From Alphaproteobacteria bacterium (GTDB lineage: Bacteria > Pseudomonadota > Alphaproteobacteria > UBA828), in contig CBDCCI010000002.1 in NCBI GenBank assembly GCA_965214705.1, positions 1,600,001-1,664,000 of the forward strand: a DNA stretch of 64,000 nucleotides, read 5' to 3'. The notes beneath the pieces are model-generated. The model saw only the letters and a list, made by a program, of their open reading frames with translations, ran no database searches and had not been told where the DNA came from. Below are positions 10,004 through 20,372 of the stretch, piece by piece. The position numbers and the translations under genes were made by a program. Position 1 is the stretch's first letter, and the number at the start of each line of letters is the position of its first letter.

Positions 10004-10622
10004 GTGTGCTGGGCAGCGCCCAGATCAGGTGGGTTCAAGTCCCACTGGCGCTCGGGTAAGGGGCGCCATATCCAAAAGTGGGGGTAATTCCTCACTGGCC
10101 GGAGTGAGCCGATAAGCGAAACTCTAAACGGGCACGAAGCCGGAAACGGCGGAGACAGCCAAGGGAGGAGCTAAGTTGGTCCACTGTCGAAAGACAACCG
10201 GAAGGCAGGGTGTCCACCGCGAGGTGGAATCTGAAGGGCTTGCGGAGAAGTACCGGGCCGTAATCGAGGGGGCCACCCCATGATGAATCGGTCGGCCAAA
10301 GACGGGGCAAGGTCGAGCCGGCACTATGGCGGCGAAGGCGTTCTTACCCACCCGTCGCACCAAGGTGTTTGCGAGCGGCACGGTACGGAAGATCTGGACG
10401 TGACCCCAGGAGGGCTCGCCGCGTTCCCGGGTGGCACCGGGATAACGGACCCTATAAGCCGAAAGGCGAAATGGGAAAGGATGCGCGGCGAGCAATCGGA
10501 CAACCGAATAGTACCTGAAGCCCGGCGAAAGCCGGGTGACCGCGCGAGCGGCGGCCGTGTGGGCCGGGGAAGGCGGTTGGCAGAGGTGGTCGGCGAGAGA
10601 CAGCGATGAGTGAGTAAGGACC

Positions 10623-10866
10623 ATGACGCGGACAAGTTCCTTGAGCGAAAGACCCGGACATCATGGCCCGAGGAGACTCATCGACTGGATCAACCCGGCG
10701 GGTGACAGGAAGGTCCACTCACTGGTGGACAAGGTGTACAAGCGGAAGAACCTTGAGGTGGCCTGGGAAAAGGTGAAGCGCAACCGGGGTGCCGGTGGCG
10801 TGGACGGAGAGGATTTAGCGGCGTTCGAGGCATCGCTGGATGCAAATCTCGATCGCCTGCACCGGG
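10623..10866 (+). pseudogene. Inner intron reverse transcriptase/maturase, N-terminal part
   Basis: RT0 region KVHSLVDKVY...AWEKVKRNRGAGGVDG; continues at 12554 as LHR|ELRDGEY. Confidence 0.9.
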
Positions 10867-12545
10867 GGGTGTGATTCTCGTATGGCGATATGCCAGTCGT
10901 GATGGCGCTAAAGGATATGGGCTGGTTCATTTTGGTCAAGCAGCGAGTGCCAGGACTTCGGTTGGGCTGATGTTGTCGTTAGCTGGTCCGGATCGGGCGT
11001 CCATGAGCGCATCCCATGCCCGGTCGAAGAGGCCGGATTTGATCAGGGCGCGGAAGGTCAGAACCGCCTGCCCGCCGTCGATCCGCCAGCGCATGCCCGA
11101 GCGTTTCAAGCGCTGCGCGACGAGGGTCTTGCAGGCCGCCTCGACCACACCCGAGCCGATGGCGATGCCCTCTTCCTTCAGGGCGTGGTAGCGCATCCGA
11201 TGGCGGTGCTTTCGGAAGAAGGCCAGCTCGCGCTCGATCTCGGCCGGGTCCCCCTTTGCCCTGTCCAGGAGGTAGCGCAGTGCCCGGATCACCTTGTCGA
11301 CGCCGCGGGGGTCGTGGCGCAGGATTTCGCGGTGCTTCTCGAACCAGTGGCGCGCCACCGCATGGTCAGAGGCCACGCGGAGATGCTCGCAAGCGTGCCA
11401 GAAGTCGATGACCTCGGTCTCGGGCGAGAGGCTTTCGAGGAAGGTCCAGTTGTCGGCGGCCCCGTCGGCGACGGCGCCGATCCTGATCTTCGGGCTCACA
11501 CGGCGGATATGGGCGACCTCGCTTGCAAGTTGCGCTTTCAGCGCGGCCTTGCCGCTCTCGGGCATACGGCCGAGATAGAGGGTCTTCAGCCGTTGGCCCT
11601 CGGCGTCGTGGAAGGAGACCGTGCCGCAAGAGGCCTCGCGCCAGCACGCCTCGGCACGGCCGTCCTCGCCGGCCCGCAGCGCCACCATGACGCCGTCAAG
11701 GGAGACGGACGCGGTGACCGCATCGGGCGGTATGCCCTGGGTTTCACGGATGCTGGCCAGCGTCTCCGGGGCGACGCTCTCCCAGTGCTCATGCATGCTC
11801 AGGGCCAGGCGCTGCAGCGTGCTCACCGACGGCGTCATTCCGCCCATTTTCGCGAAGAACTCCTCCGCTTCACGCGGCGTACAGTGGCCCATCATCATCA
11901 GCCCGAGCTGCGCCGCCGGCCGCGTCAGGTAGTCGTCGATGAGGCCCAGGCTCTCGTCCACCGGCACCAGCGACGTGCTGCTCGCGCCGCTGCGATAGCG
12001 CGCACGCCGATAGGTCACGGGACCGAGCGTCGTCATGATCGTCTTCGGCGTCGCCGCCACCCGGACCCAGCTCTGTCCGTCGCGCTCGATCCGGCTCGCA
12101 CCGTCGTCGCGGCTCTCGGCGAAGGCCCCAAGGAGCTTGCAACCCAAGCCGTTCATGGCGTCCCGCAGCCCCGTCTCAACCGTTTCGAACGTCTCGGCAG
12201 ACGGGTCAGACCCAGCCTGTTCGCGACAGAACTCCACCACCTGGGCGACCGCTTCGGCGACTTCGGCAGGCAGGCCCAAAAGGTCGATGGACGAGGCGAT
12301 GAGAGACTGCGACACTGGCATGGGAACGCTCCTGATGTTGGGTCTGATGTTGGGTTGTCGGCGCGGCATCCTACCGCATCTCGCGGTGCGGAGCGTTCCC
12401 ACCCACCACTGCTGGATGCCGCCGTTGTGACAAAATCCGGCCCTGCACCGGCCGATTGTCACGAAAACCCGATTCTGGCTGCCTACGGCCACCCGCCAAT
12501 CGCGCTAAATCAATGACTTACGATCGCCATGCCAGACCTACACCC
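10867..12545 (-). mobile_element. ISKra4/ISLre2-like (p-MULT) insertion sequence, 1679 bp
   Basis: TIRs GGGTGTGATTCTCGTATGGCGAT and GGGTGTAGGTCTGGCATGGCGAT (18/23 match); 8-bp TSD GCACCGGG at 10859-10866 and 12546-12553. Confidence 0.92.
10936..12321 (-). CDS. ISKra4-family DDE transposase
   Basis: SLDGVMV, ADGAADNW, IDFWHACEHL, IGSGVVEAACKTLVAQRLKRSGMRW; exact start uncertain. Confidence 0.9.
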   Translation of the reverse strand: MPVSQSLIASSIDLLGLPAEVAEAVAQVVEFCREQAGSDPSAETFETVETGLRDAMNGLGCKLLGAFAESRDDGASRIERDGQSWVRVAATPKTIMTTLGPVTYRRARYRSGASSTSLVPVDESLGLIDDYLTRPAAQLGLMMMGHCTPREAEEFFAKMGGMTPSVSTLQRLALSMHEHWESVAPETLASIRETQGIPPDAVTASVSLDGVMVALRAGEDGRAEACWREASCGTVSFHDAEGQRLKTLYLGRMPESGKAALKAQLASEVAHIRRVSPKIRIGAVADGAADNWTFLESLSPETEVIDFWHACEHLRVASDHAVARHWFEKHREILRHDPRGVDKVIRALRYLLDRAKGDPAEIERELAFFRKHRHRMRYHALKEEGIAIGSGVVEAACKTLVAQRLKRSGMRWRIDGGQAVLTFRALIKSGLFDRAWDALMDARSGPANDNISPTEVLALAA

Positions 12546-12553
12546 GCACCGGG

Positions 12554-13620
12554 AGTTGCGGGACGGTGAGTATCACCCGCAGCCGGTTCTCCAATGCCTG
12601 ATCCCCAAGGCGGGCCAGCCGGGGAAGTTCCGCCCGCTCGGCATCCCGACAATCTACGACCGGGTGTGCCAGCAGGCGCTGCTGAACCGGCTGGAACCGA
12701 TCTTCGAGCCGGTGTTCGACGATGCCAACTACGGGTACCGGCAAGGAAGGTCTGCCCATGGAGCGTTACGCAAGATATGGAGGGAACTGGACGAGGGCAA
12801 CGAGTGGGTTCTCGATGCGGATTTGAAAGACTTTTTCGGGTCCGTGGACCACGAAAAGCTCCTCGAACTCGTCAACCAGCGAGTCTCGGATGGCCGGGTA
12901 TTAGGTCTGCTCAGGCAGATGCTCACGGCCGGGGTGGTGGCCGACGGTAAGAGGCTGCCGACCGAACAGGGCACTCCGCAGGGCGGCATCGTTTCACCGC
13001 TGCTCAGCAATATCTTGCTGACCCCGTTCGATTGGGAAATGCGTCGTCGCGGCTATCGACTAACGCGATACGCCGATGATTGGCTGATCACGTGCCGCAC
13101 ACGCGGGGAAGCCCGCGCAGCACTGGAGACGGCCAGGCGGATTCTGGCAAAGCTGGGTGTGTCCCTCAACGCCGGGAAGACCCGCATTGTCCATGTCAGG
13201 CACGGGTTTGAGTTCCTCGGCTACAAGATCAAGCAGGGCGAGCGGCCTCTCCGGCTGTCGTCCTCCAAGATCAAGAGCGGGGTTCGCGGGGGAGCGCGCT
13301 ACGCGGTTCCGCGTGAGAAATCCATCCGGCACTTCAAGGACCAGATTCGCCAGCGTACCCGGCGCAAGGCTCCTGTCAGCACGCAGGAGCTGATTGACGA
13401 GATCAACCCGATCATTCGGGGATGGGGCCAATACTATTGCAAGGCCCACGTCCGCGGGCTCTTCCACCAGCTTGACGGCTGGATCGTGCGGCGGCTCTGG
13501 TCGCATCGTCGCAAGCGCTGGCGCAACGCTGGCTGGAAACAGTTGCCGGAGCGCAAGCTGATCGACGAATACGGGCTTGTTCGCCTGATCTCACTGGTTC
13601 CGTCCTTGAACCTTCGTTGA
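12554..13620 (+). pseudogene. Inner intron reverse transcriptase/maturase, C-terminal part
   Basis: RPLGIPTIYDRVCQ, GTPQGGIVSPLLSNI, TRYADD and a maturase X domain; no endonuclease domain. Confidence 0.92.
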
Positions 13621-13714
13621 GACACCTTTGTGAAAGCGGCTTACGGGAAAACCGTACGGGCCGTTTGAGCGGCGGACGGAGGCTAGCCTCGCGGGGCGCC
13701 TCCTCCGACCCGAC

Positions 13715-15158
13715 AGCGATGAAGCCGGCGAACAATGGGGCACCTGCCCCGGCGGAGCCGGTGGAGCCAAGGGCCGAGCCCAAGGGGAATCTGGAAGGCC
13801 AAAGCACGCGCCGGACGCAGGACCGGGAGAGCGTGTCACAAGCGGCTGACCGGATACGGCAGTTTGTACAAAGGGAACCTGGGGTGCGTCTCACGACGCT
13901 CCTCCATCACGTCACGGTCGCTGCGCTGCGCTGGGCGTTCTTCGAGTTGAAGAAGGACGCTGCGGCGGGTGTCGATGGCCTGACGTGGCGGATGTACAAG
14001 GAAGGGCTGGAAGGCCGTCTCGCCGACCTGCACGACCGAGTGCACTCGGGGGCGTACCGGGCGACGCCATCACGGCGGGTGAACATCCCGAAGCCGGATG
14101 GCGGCACACGACCGCTCGGCGTCGCGGCCATAGAGGACAAGATCGTCCAGAAGGCTGTGGCGGAGATAATCCTGACGCCGATCTACGAGGCGGAGTTTCT
14201 GGGGTTTAGCTACGGGTTCCGACCCGAGCGTGGGGCGCACAATGCGCTCGATGCGCTGGCGGTCGGGATCGAAAGGCGCAAGATCAACTGGATAGTGGAC
14301 TGTGACATCCGCAAGTTTTTCGACACGGTTTCGAGGGACTGGCTGGTCCGGTTTCTAGAGCACCGGATAGGGGACAGGCGGGTTATCAGGCTGATTATCA
14401 AGTGGTTGAACGCTGGCGTCATGGAAGCTGGAGAGTGGCGTGACGACCTGCGGGGAACTCCGCAGGGTTCGGTGATTTCGCCGATCTTGGCGAACGTTTA
14501 TCTGCACTACGTCCTCGATCTTTGGTTCCAGAAGAAGTGGCGCAGCCACGAGGTCAACGGCGACTCGATCATCGTTCGCTACGCCGACGACTCTGTGGTG
14601 GGTTTTCAGCACGAGCAGGACGCGGAGTGCTTTCTGGAGGCCGTAAAGGAGCGGCTCGGACGCTTCGACCTGGAACTGCATCCCGACAAGACCCGGCTCA
14701 TCGAGTTCGGGCGGCACGCCATAGAGCGCCGCCAAGGCCGAGGGCAGGGTAGACCGGAGACCTTCGATTTTCTGGGCTTCACACACTACTGCGCGAAGAC
14801 CAGACGGGGGTACTTCATGCTGGGGCGCAGGCCGATGGCGAAGAGGATGGCCCGCACCCTGAAGCGGATCAAAGAGGTGCTACGCAGGCGGATGCATGAC
14901 AACATCGAGGATACGGCCAGGTGGCTGGGCAAAGTGGTGGACGGATGGCTGAACTACTATGCCGTCCCGACCAGCAGCCGGTACTTACAACGCTTCCTCG
15001 TCCGCCTAAAGCGGGTGTGGCTCGCCATTATACGCCGCAGATCGCAAAAGGACCGATTTACATGGGCCGACATCGACAAACTTAAAGCTCGACACTGGCC
15101 CAAGCTGAGAATCCGACACCCGTGGCCGGATCAACGACTAGCCGTCAGTTCGACCTGA
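13715..15158 (+). CDS. ltrA: Outer intron reverse transcriptase/maturase, main part (internal ATG at 13719)
   Basis: LLHHVT, AAAGVDG, RPLGVAAIEDKIVQ, GTPQGSVISPILANVYLH, VRYADD; no endonuclease domain. Confidence 0.92.
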
Positions 15159-15235
15159 GGGAGGAGCCGGATGCCTTAGCGGGCACGTCCGGATCTGCGC
15201 GGGGGGAGCGGGGCAACCCGCTTCCCTACCGCGAT

Positions 15236-15414
15236 TGCTCGCGCCCGCAGCCCTCGCAGGCGTACATGTGGCCGCCGAGCACGGCGGTGCGGCACGCCTC
15301 GATGGCGCCCATGACCTTGAGCCGGGCGGCGTCGATGCGCCCTTTGTGGCGCTCACGGAAAGCGGCGCCGGCGCGGCGGAAGATCTCCGCCACGCCCGCG
15401 CGTTCGGCCTCCAC
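15236..15414 (-). pseudogene. IS91-family Y2 transposase, N-terminal part (zinc-binding domain)
   Basis: VAEIFRR...AIEACRTAVLGGHMYACEGCG; 179+1063 nt rebuild a 413-aa ORF. Confidence 0.9.
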
Positions 15415-15420
15415 GCGCCG

Positions 15421-16299
15421 TCAGTTGCGCAACGCTGCGAAGCCTGAGATCGGGTGGTCGAGGCCCTCGAACATCTTGCCGGTGACGCGGGCGTAGTGAC
15501 GGGTCGTGTTCGCGCTTCGATGGCCGAGCATGTCCCGGATCACCTCGATATCGCCGCCGCGCTCGAGGAGATGGGTCGCCGCCGAATGGCGCAGGCAATG
15601 GAAGGTGTAGCTGCGGTCGAGCTCGGCAATGTCGCGCGCCCTCCTGAAGGCGGCCTGCAAGGTCTCCGTTGCGATGGGCCTGTCGAGCGAGACGCCGTAG
15701 AAGAGCCAGCTCGTCGGACGCGGCCAGATGTTCCTGTAGTAGACGCGCAAGTAGTGGATGACGATGTCCGGCAACGGTGCCATTCTCTCGGTGCCGCCTT
15801 TGCCGGAGGGGATGTGCAGCAGCTTCTTCTCCGACAGGATGTCGCCGACCTTGATGGCCAAGGTCTCGGAGATGCGGAGCCCGCCGCCATAGCCGGTGAC
15901 AATGGCAGCACGGTGGCGGAGGTCGGGTGTCGCAAGGATGAGGTGCTCGACCTCCTGCTCCGACATGTAGCGCGGCAGCTTGCCGGGCTTCTTGCGGGAG
16001 CGCAGGCCGGCGACATGGTCAGGCCAGCCGAGTGTGTCGATGTAGAGGAAGTTCAGCGCGGCGAAGGAGACGTTGGTCGTGCCCGGACTGAGCCCCTTGT
16101 CGATCCGCCCCAGGTACCACTGGCGCACCTGCTCGGCGTCGAGCTCGTCCGGCGAGGCGTCGTAGTACCTGGCCAGGTTCTTGATCTCGCAGATGTAGGC
16201 CTTGGACGTGCTCGCGGCCAGATTGGCGATGCGGAGCTGCTCCTCCATGCGCTGGCGAAGAGGGGTGACGGTGTTCGTGTCGCACGCGGTCCCGGTCAT
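15421..16299 (-). CDS. Tyrosine recombinase/integrase (SAM-like N-terminus), partner of the IS91-like transposase
   Basis: TPLRQRM, YGGGLRISE, GKGGTER, HCLRHSAATHLLE, LGH...TTRHY; complete R-K-H-R-H-Y set; AGGGAG RBS. Confidence 0.93.
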   Translation of the reverse strand: MTGTACDTNTVTPLRQRMEEQLRIANLAASTSKAYICEIKNLARYYDASPDELDAEQVRQWYLGRIDKGLSPGTTNVSFAALNFLYIDTLGWPDHVAGLRSRKKPGKLPRYMSEQEVEHLILATPDLRHRAAIVTGYGGGLRISETLAIKVGDILSEKKLLHIPSGKGGTERMAPLPDIVIHYLRVYYRNIWPRPTSWLFYGVSLDRPIATETLQAAFRRARDIAELDRSYTFHCLRHSAATHLLERGGDIEVIRDMLGHRSANTTRHYARVTGKMFEGLDHPISGFAALRN

Positions 16300-16537
16300 T
16301 ATCGATCTCCCTGGATCGCGACGGCGCGCCGCCGGACCGATCCGGCGACGGTCCGTCGCAGGGGTCGATGCTAACCACTGGTGATCGGGAGGCTGCTGGG
16401 GATCCGCCACCCGACGGGCGGAGCGCCACTGACGCAACCGGGAAGCGAACGCACAGAACAAACGGCACCCGCGACGCCTCGGAAATGAATGAACTCTACG
16501 CCGCTAACTCCGCGTAGCGGCTTCGTTCAAGACCCTT

Positions 16538-19012
16538 CTGGCGTCTTTGGCTTCGCTCGCCGCTTTCGTCTTGCTGGCGACGAATGCAGTTCATGCCGGC
16601 TCACTCGCGCCCGGCCCGCAGATCATCACCGAGTACGACCGCAGCTTCATCGAGCGCTCTGGCGCCCAGACCTTCGGCGAGATGCTCGACACGGGCATCA
16701 TCCGCTACTTCTTCACCGGAGGGCGCGATCTGCTCATCCTGGTGAACGGGCGGCCCTACGCAACGACCGCGCACAATCTGGACTCCCTCCCGCTTTCGGC
16801 GGTCGAGCGCATCGAGGTGCTGAGAGGCGAGAGCCTGGGGACGATCGGCGGCCACGCCGCGGTACGTGGCGCATTCAACCTTGTGCTGAGGAAGGATCTG
16901 GACGGCTTCGACGTGCGCACCGTCGCCCGGCTGCCGAGCCGCGACGGCGGCGACGCGCGCCAGGGCAGCGTCGTATGGGGCGGCGCGATTGGCGACGGCG
17001 GACACATGACCCTCGGCGTCGATATCCTCGACCGCGAGGAGATCGTCGGCAGTACACGCGAGCACAGCCGCTCGGAGTGGGCAGAGGGCGGGAGCTTCGC
17101 CGAGGCGAAGAACGTGAGCGTCGGCGGCAACACCGTCTACATCTTCGACACAAGCGCGGGCGAGCTGAGAGCCGTGGCGCTCGGCGCGTGCGACCCGGCG
17201 CACGGCTACACCGGCCCGCTAAGCAACCCGTCGGGGATCGACTCGGGCGACAAAGGCTGCGGGTTCGCTTACGGCAACTTCTGGTGGGACAGCGGGAGCT
17301 ACGACCAGAGTAATGCAATCCTGAGCCTCGACCACCCGCTTGGAGAGCGCGCCGAGCTTCACGTGGACGCAAACGCCACGCTTGGACGCTCGGCGTTCCG
17401 CTACGCACCGTCGATCGATGTCTTCTCGATCGCCCCGAGCGAGAGCCTGCTCGACGCAATCAACGCATCGGCGCGCGAGGCCGACCCGGCGTTCGAGGCG
17501 ACGAGAGACGACATCTTCGCGGTGGGGCACCGCTTCATCGGCCATGGCAACCGAGACTGGAGGACGACCACCGAGGAGTACGACCTCTCGGCAAGCGTCG
17601 AGGGCCGGCTTTCCGAAGACCTGGGCTACGACGCCGAAATCAGCGCCTGGAGGCTCGACGGCTCGGTGAGAGGCGATACCTTCGTGGACGCCGAAACGAT
17701 CGGGCAAGAGATCGAGGCAGGAAGGTACGACCTGACCGATCCACTGTCGATGGAGACGGACCACCTGAGAGCGATCGAGAGGAGCAGCCTGCGCGAGGAG
17801 GAGGACTTCGGCGGGAGGTATCTGGGCGCGCGTCTTGCGCTCGAGGGGGCCGGTCCGGGCATCGGCGGGCGCGACACGGCATGGACTGCGGGGGTCGAAC
17901 TCGCCGACGTGGAGGCCCACAGACTGCTGGCGTTCCGGGCGAGCGACGGCCGGACCCGCGACGTGAACGGGGTGCTCGGGTCGGGCGGCACCAGCTACGC
18001 CGGCGAGCGCGAGGCGGCAGGGGCCTTCGCCGAGGTGTCCCTGCCCCTCGCCGACGCCGTGGACGTGAGAGCCGCGGCACGGGCGGACGAGTACGACGAC
18101 GTCGGCGGGCTGCGTGCGTGGCGCCTCGGGGCCGAATACAGTCCGAGCGACATCGTGACGCTGCGCGGCTCGTGGAGCACGGGCGACCAAGCGCCCTCGA
18201 TGCACCACCTGTACAGCACCGCTGCGCAAGACCACCCCTACGTCCGTTGCGTCCCGGAGAGCGGGCCGCCGCCGCGCACATGCGACACGTCGAACTACCG
18301 GCAAGTGACGCGCAGCACGAGCGGCAACCCCGAGCTCGAGCCGTCTGGATCGGAGAGGCGCACCATCGGCGCCGAGGCCCGCAGGGGGCCGTTCTACCTC
18401 GTCGCCGACTGGTACTGGCTCACGACCTCGGATCTGCCGGGGCAGCACGATGCCACCTGGGCGATGCTGAATTACCCCGAGTGCCCGCCGGGCGGTGGCG
18501 GCAACTGCATCGGGCGCGCGGCCGGAGACATCACCATCCACGACAACTTCGCGAATATCGTCGAGATCGAAATCTCGGGGGTCAACACCCGGTTCGGGGC
18601 CCGCGCGGAGACCGACTGGGGCTTCGTCGCATTGCGCGGATTCTGGCGCTATGTGGCCAGCAGCGAGGAGCGCATCGCAGGCGACGAGCAGCCGTACCCG
18701 CTCCCGCGCAACGCCGTGCGCATCGTGACCTCGGCCGGGCGCGGCGACCTCACCGCCCTCTGGGCCGTCAACTACCGTGATGAGATCGAGAACCAGCGGG
18801 GCGATGGACGGTTCAAATCCTGGATCGGCCACGACCTGACGCTCGACTGGAGAGCGCCGATTGGCCTCGAAGACACGCGGTTAACCGCGGGCGTGTACAA
18901 CGTCACCGACGCGAAGCTCTCCACGAACACCGCGAACCCCTCCTTTACCGACGGGCCGCGCGCAGCCGGCTGGGGGCGCACCTTCTTCCTCACATTCAAC
19001 ATGATGTTCTGA
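16538..19012 (+). pseudogene. TonB-dependent receptor, separated from its native start by the inserted element
   Basis: Plug motif LILVNGR...LPLSAVERIEVLRG, GNPELEP, AGVYNVTD, C-terminal GRTFFLTFNMMF. Could still be expressed from TTG 16547. Confidence 0.85.
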
Positions 19013-19072
19013 GCAGGGGGCGGCGCCTGACCCTCTTCCCGAACTCCGCAGTGGCGCGGTGACAGCTGCGGG

Positions 19073-19687
19073 CTAATCTCCCCCGCCGCCGCCGTCGACC
19101 GAAGGCACGATCTCGGCCGGCTCGACGAAGTTCGGCTCCACCTCGGGCGGCCGGGCCTCGGCGCCGACGGCATCGGACGCCTGCGCCTGAGCCGCCTGCT
19201 GCTGGCGGTTGCGATAGAGGGCGAGGAAGTCGATCGGCGCGAGCAGGAGGGGCGGGAAGCCGCCGTCGCGGGTGACGTCGGCGACAATACGCCGCGCGAA
19301 GGGGAAGAGAAGCCGCGGGCACTCGATCAGCAACGCCGGCTCCATCGCGTTCTCGGGGATGTCGATGAAGTTGAAGACCCCGGCATAGCTCAGCTCCACC
19401 AGGAAGACCGGCTTCTCTTCGTGGCTGGCGTGCGCGGTGATCTGCAGGACGACCTCGAAGGTCTGCTCGTTCAGCCGGCGCGCCTCGACCTGCACGTTGA
19501 CCGTGATCTGCGGCGAGCGCTCCGCCTCGGGCGGCCGCTCCAGCGCGGACGGATTCTCGAACGAGAGGTCCTTCACGTATTGGGTCTGTATCCCGAGCTG
19601 CGGGCGTGTTTCCTGCGCCCCTTGCGCGTTGCCTGCGCCTGCGGCGGCGGCCGACGTGGGGGGTGTGGTGCCGGTCTCGTCAGCCAT
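19073..19687 (-). CDS. secB: Protein-export chaperone SecB
   Basis: QYVKDLSFENP, LLIECPRLLFPFARRIVADVTRDGGFPPLLLAPIDF. Confidence 0.96.
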   Translation of the reverse strand: MADETGTTPPTSAAAAGAGNAQGAQETRPQLGIQTQYVKDLSFENPSALERPPEAERSPQITVNVQVEARRLNEQTFEVVLQITAHASHEEKPVFLVELSYAGVFNFIDIPENAMEPALLIECPRLLFPFARRIVADVTRDGGFPPLLLAPIDFLALYRNRQQQAAQAQASDAVGAEARPPEVEPNFVEPAEIVPSVDGGGGGD

Positions 19688-20172
19688 CATCGCTCTCCTT
19701 GGGGGCGCACATTCGGGGGGCCGGGTTCGGGTGTTTCGTCGAGCACGGTGTATTCGCCGTCGATGACCCGCCCGCCATCGGCGGCCGACGCCGGGCCGGC
19801 ATCGGAGCCGGCATGGCGGGCGTGCGGCGCGAAACGGGCCAGCAGGCGGCGCAGGAGACTACGGCGGAGCGGCGGCAGCAACAACAGCGTCCCCAACGTA
19901 TCGGTGAAGAAGCCGGGCGTCAGCAGCAGCACCGCCGCGAGCGCCAGCGCCGCGCCCTCGGCCATCTCGGCCACCGGCAGACGATTCGCCGCGAGCTGCT
20001 GACGCGCCCGTGCCAGGGTCTGGAGCCCTTGCCAGCGCAGGATCAACCCGCCGACCACGGCGGTGCCGACGATCAGCCCGATGGTCGGCCACGTCCCGAT
20101 GACGCTCCCGACTTCAAGGAAGATAAACACCTCGCCGACGGGAATCGCCAGCAACAGCAGAAGTAGGGGCAT
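19687..20172 (-). CDS. fxsA: FxsA family membrane protein
   Basis: IGTWPTIGLIVGTAVVG, LLLTPGFFTD, VIDGEY; adjacent to secB. Confidence 0.92.
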   Translation of the reverse strand: MPLLLLLLAIPVGEVFIFLEVGSVIGTWPTIGLIVGTAVVGGLILRWQGLQTLARARQQLAANRLPVAEMAEGAALALAAVLLLTPGFFTDTLGTLLLLPPLRRSLLRRLLARFAPHARHAGSDAGPASAADGGRVIDGEYTVLDETPEPGPPNVRPQGER

Positions 20173-20372
20173 AAAGGCGGTGTGCTCCGTGCTTGCGCTC
20201 GCGCGGCGCTCTACCTATCTTGCGTTATGTCGGCTCCCCGCGCCGGGCTTCGGCGGGACCGTCGCTCACGCCGGGGTTGCCGGCGAGCGCCGCCGACGAG
20301 GGCCCGGAGTTCGCTGGCCGGATTCGGCAGCCATTTTGCGACGGAAGGCCGCCTGCCCACAAGGTTCGGGAC

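Larger units (their letters stand above)
10004..13714 (+). mobile_element. Group II intron (inner, forming a twintron); 2024 nt without the IS
   Basis: 5' GTGTG at 10004; domain V AGCGGCTTACGGGAAAACCGTACGGGCCGTT near 13635; ends CCTCCGACCCGAC at 13714. Candidate EBS1 ACTATGG (10323-10329) is complementary to the 5' exon end CCATAGT. Confidence 0.92.
9608..15235 (+). mobile_element. Group II intron (outer), inserted antisense in the IS91-like transposase; 1917 nt without the inner intron
   Basis: 5' GTGCG at 9608; domain V GAGCCGGATGCCTTAGCGGGCACGTCCGGATC near 15163; domain VI ending CCCTACCGCGAT at 15235. Removal restores CEGCGREH|PLFNSCRNRHC in frame. Confidence 0.93.
8283..16530 (-). mobile_element. 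Tyrosine recombinase + IS91-like (Y2/HUH) transposase element, 2620 bp once the nested introns are removed
   Basis: Perfect 14-bp TIR TTGAACGAAGCCGC (8283-8296) / GCGGCTTCGTTCAA (16517-16530); flanks AACCCTT and GACCCTT; encodes an integrase followed by a Zn-binding/Y2 transposase. Confidence 0.85.

Noticed and set aside
10623-15158. Reverse transcriptases as retron, DGR or CRISPR-associated RT
   Set aside because: Both lie within recognisable group II intron boundaries with domains V/VI, more than 30 kb from the cas genes.
15421-16530. Integron integrase with an attC/attI site
   Set aside because: No IntI-specific insertion and no cassette array; the terminal palindrome is explained as the element end.
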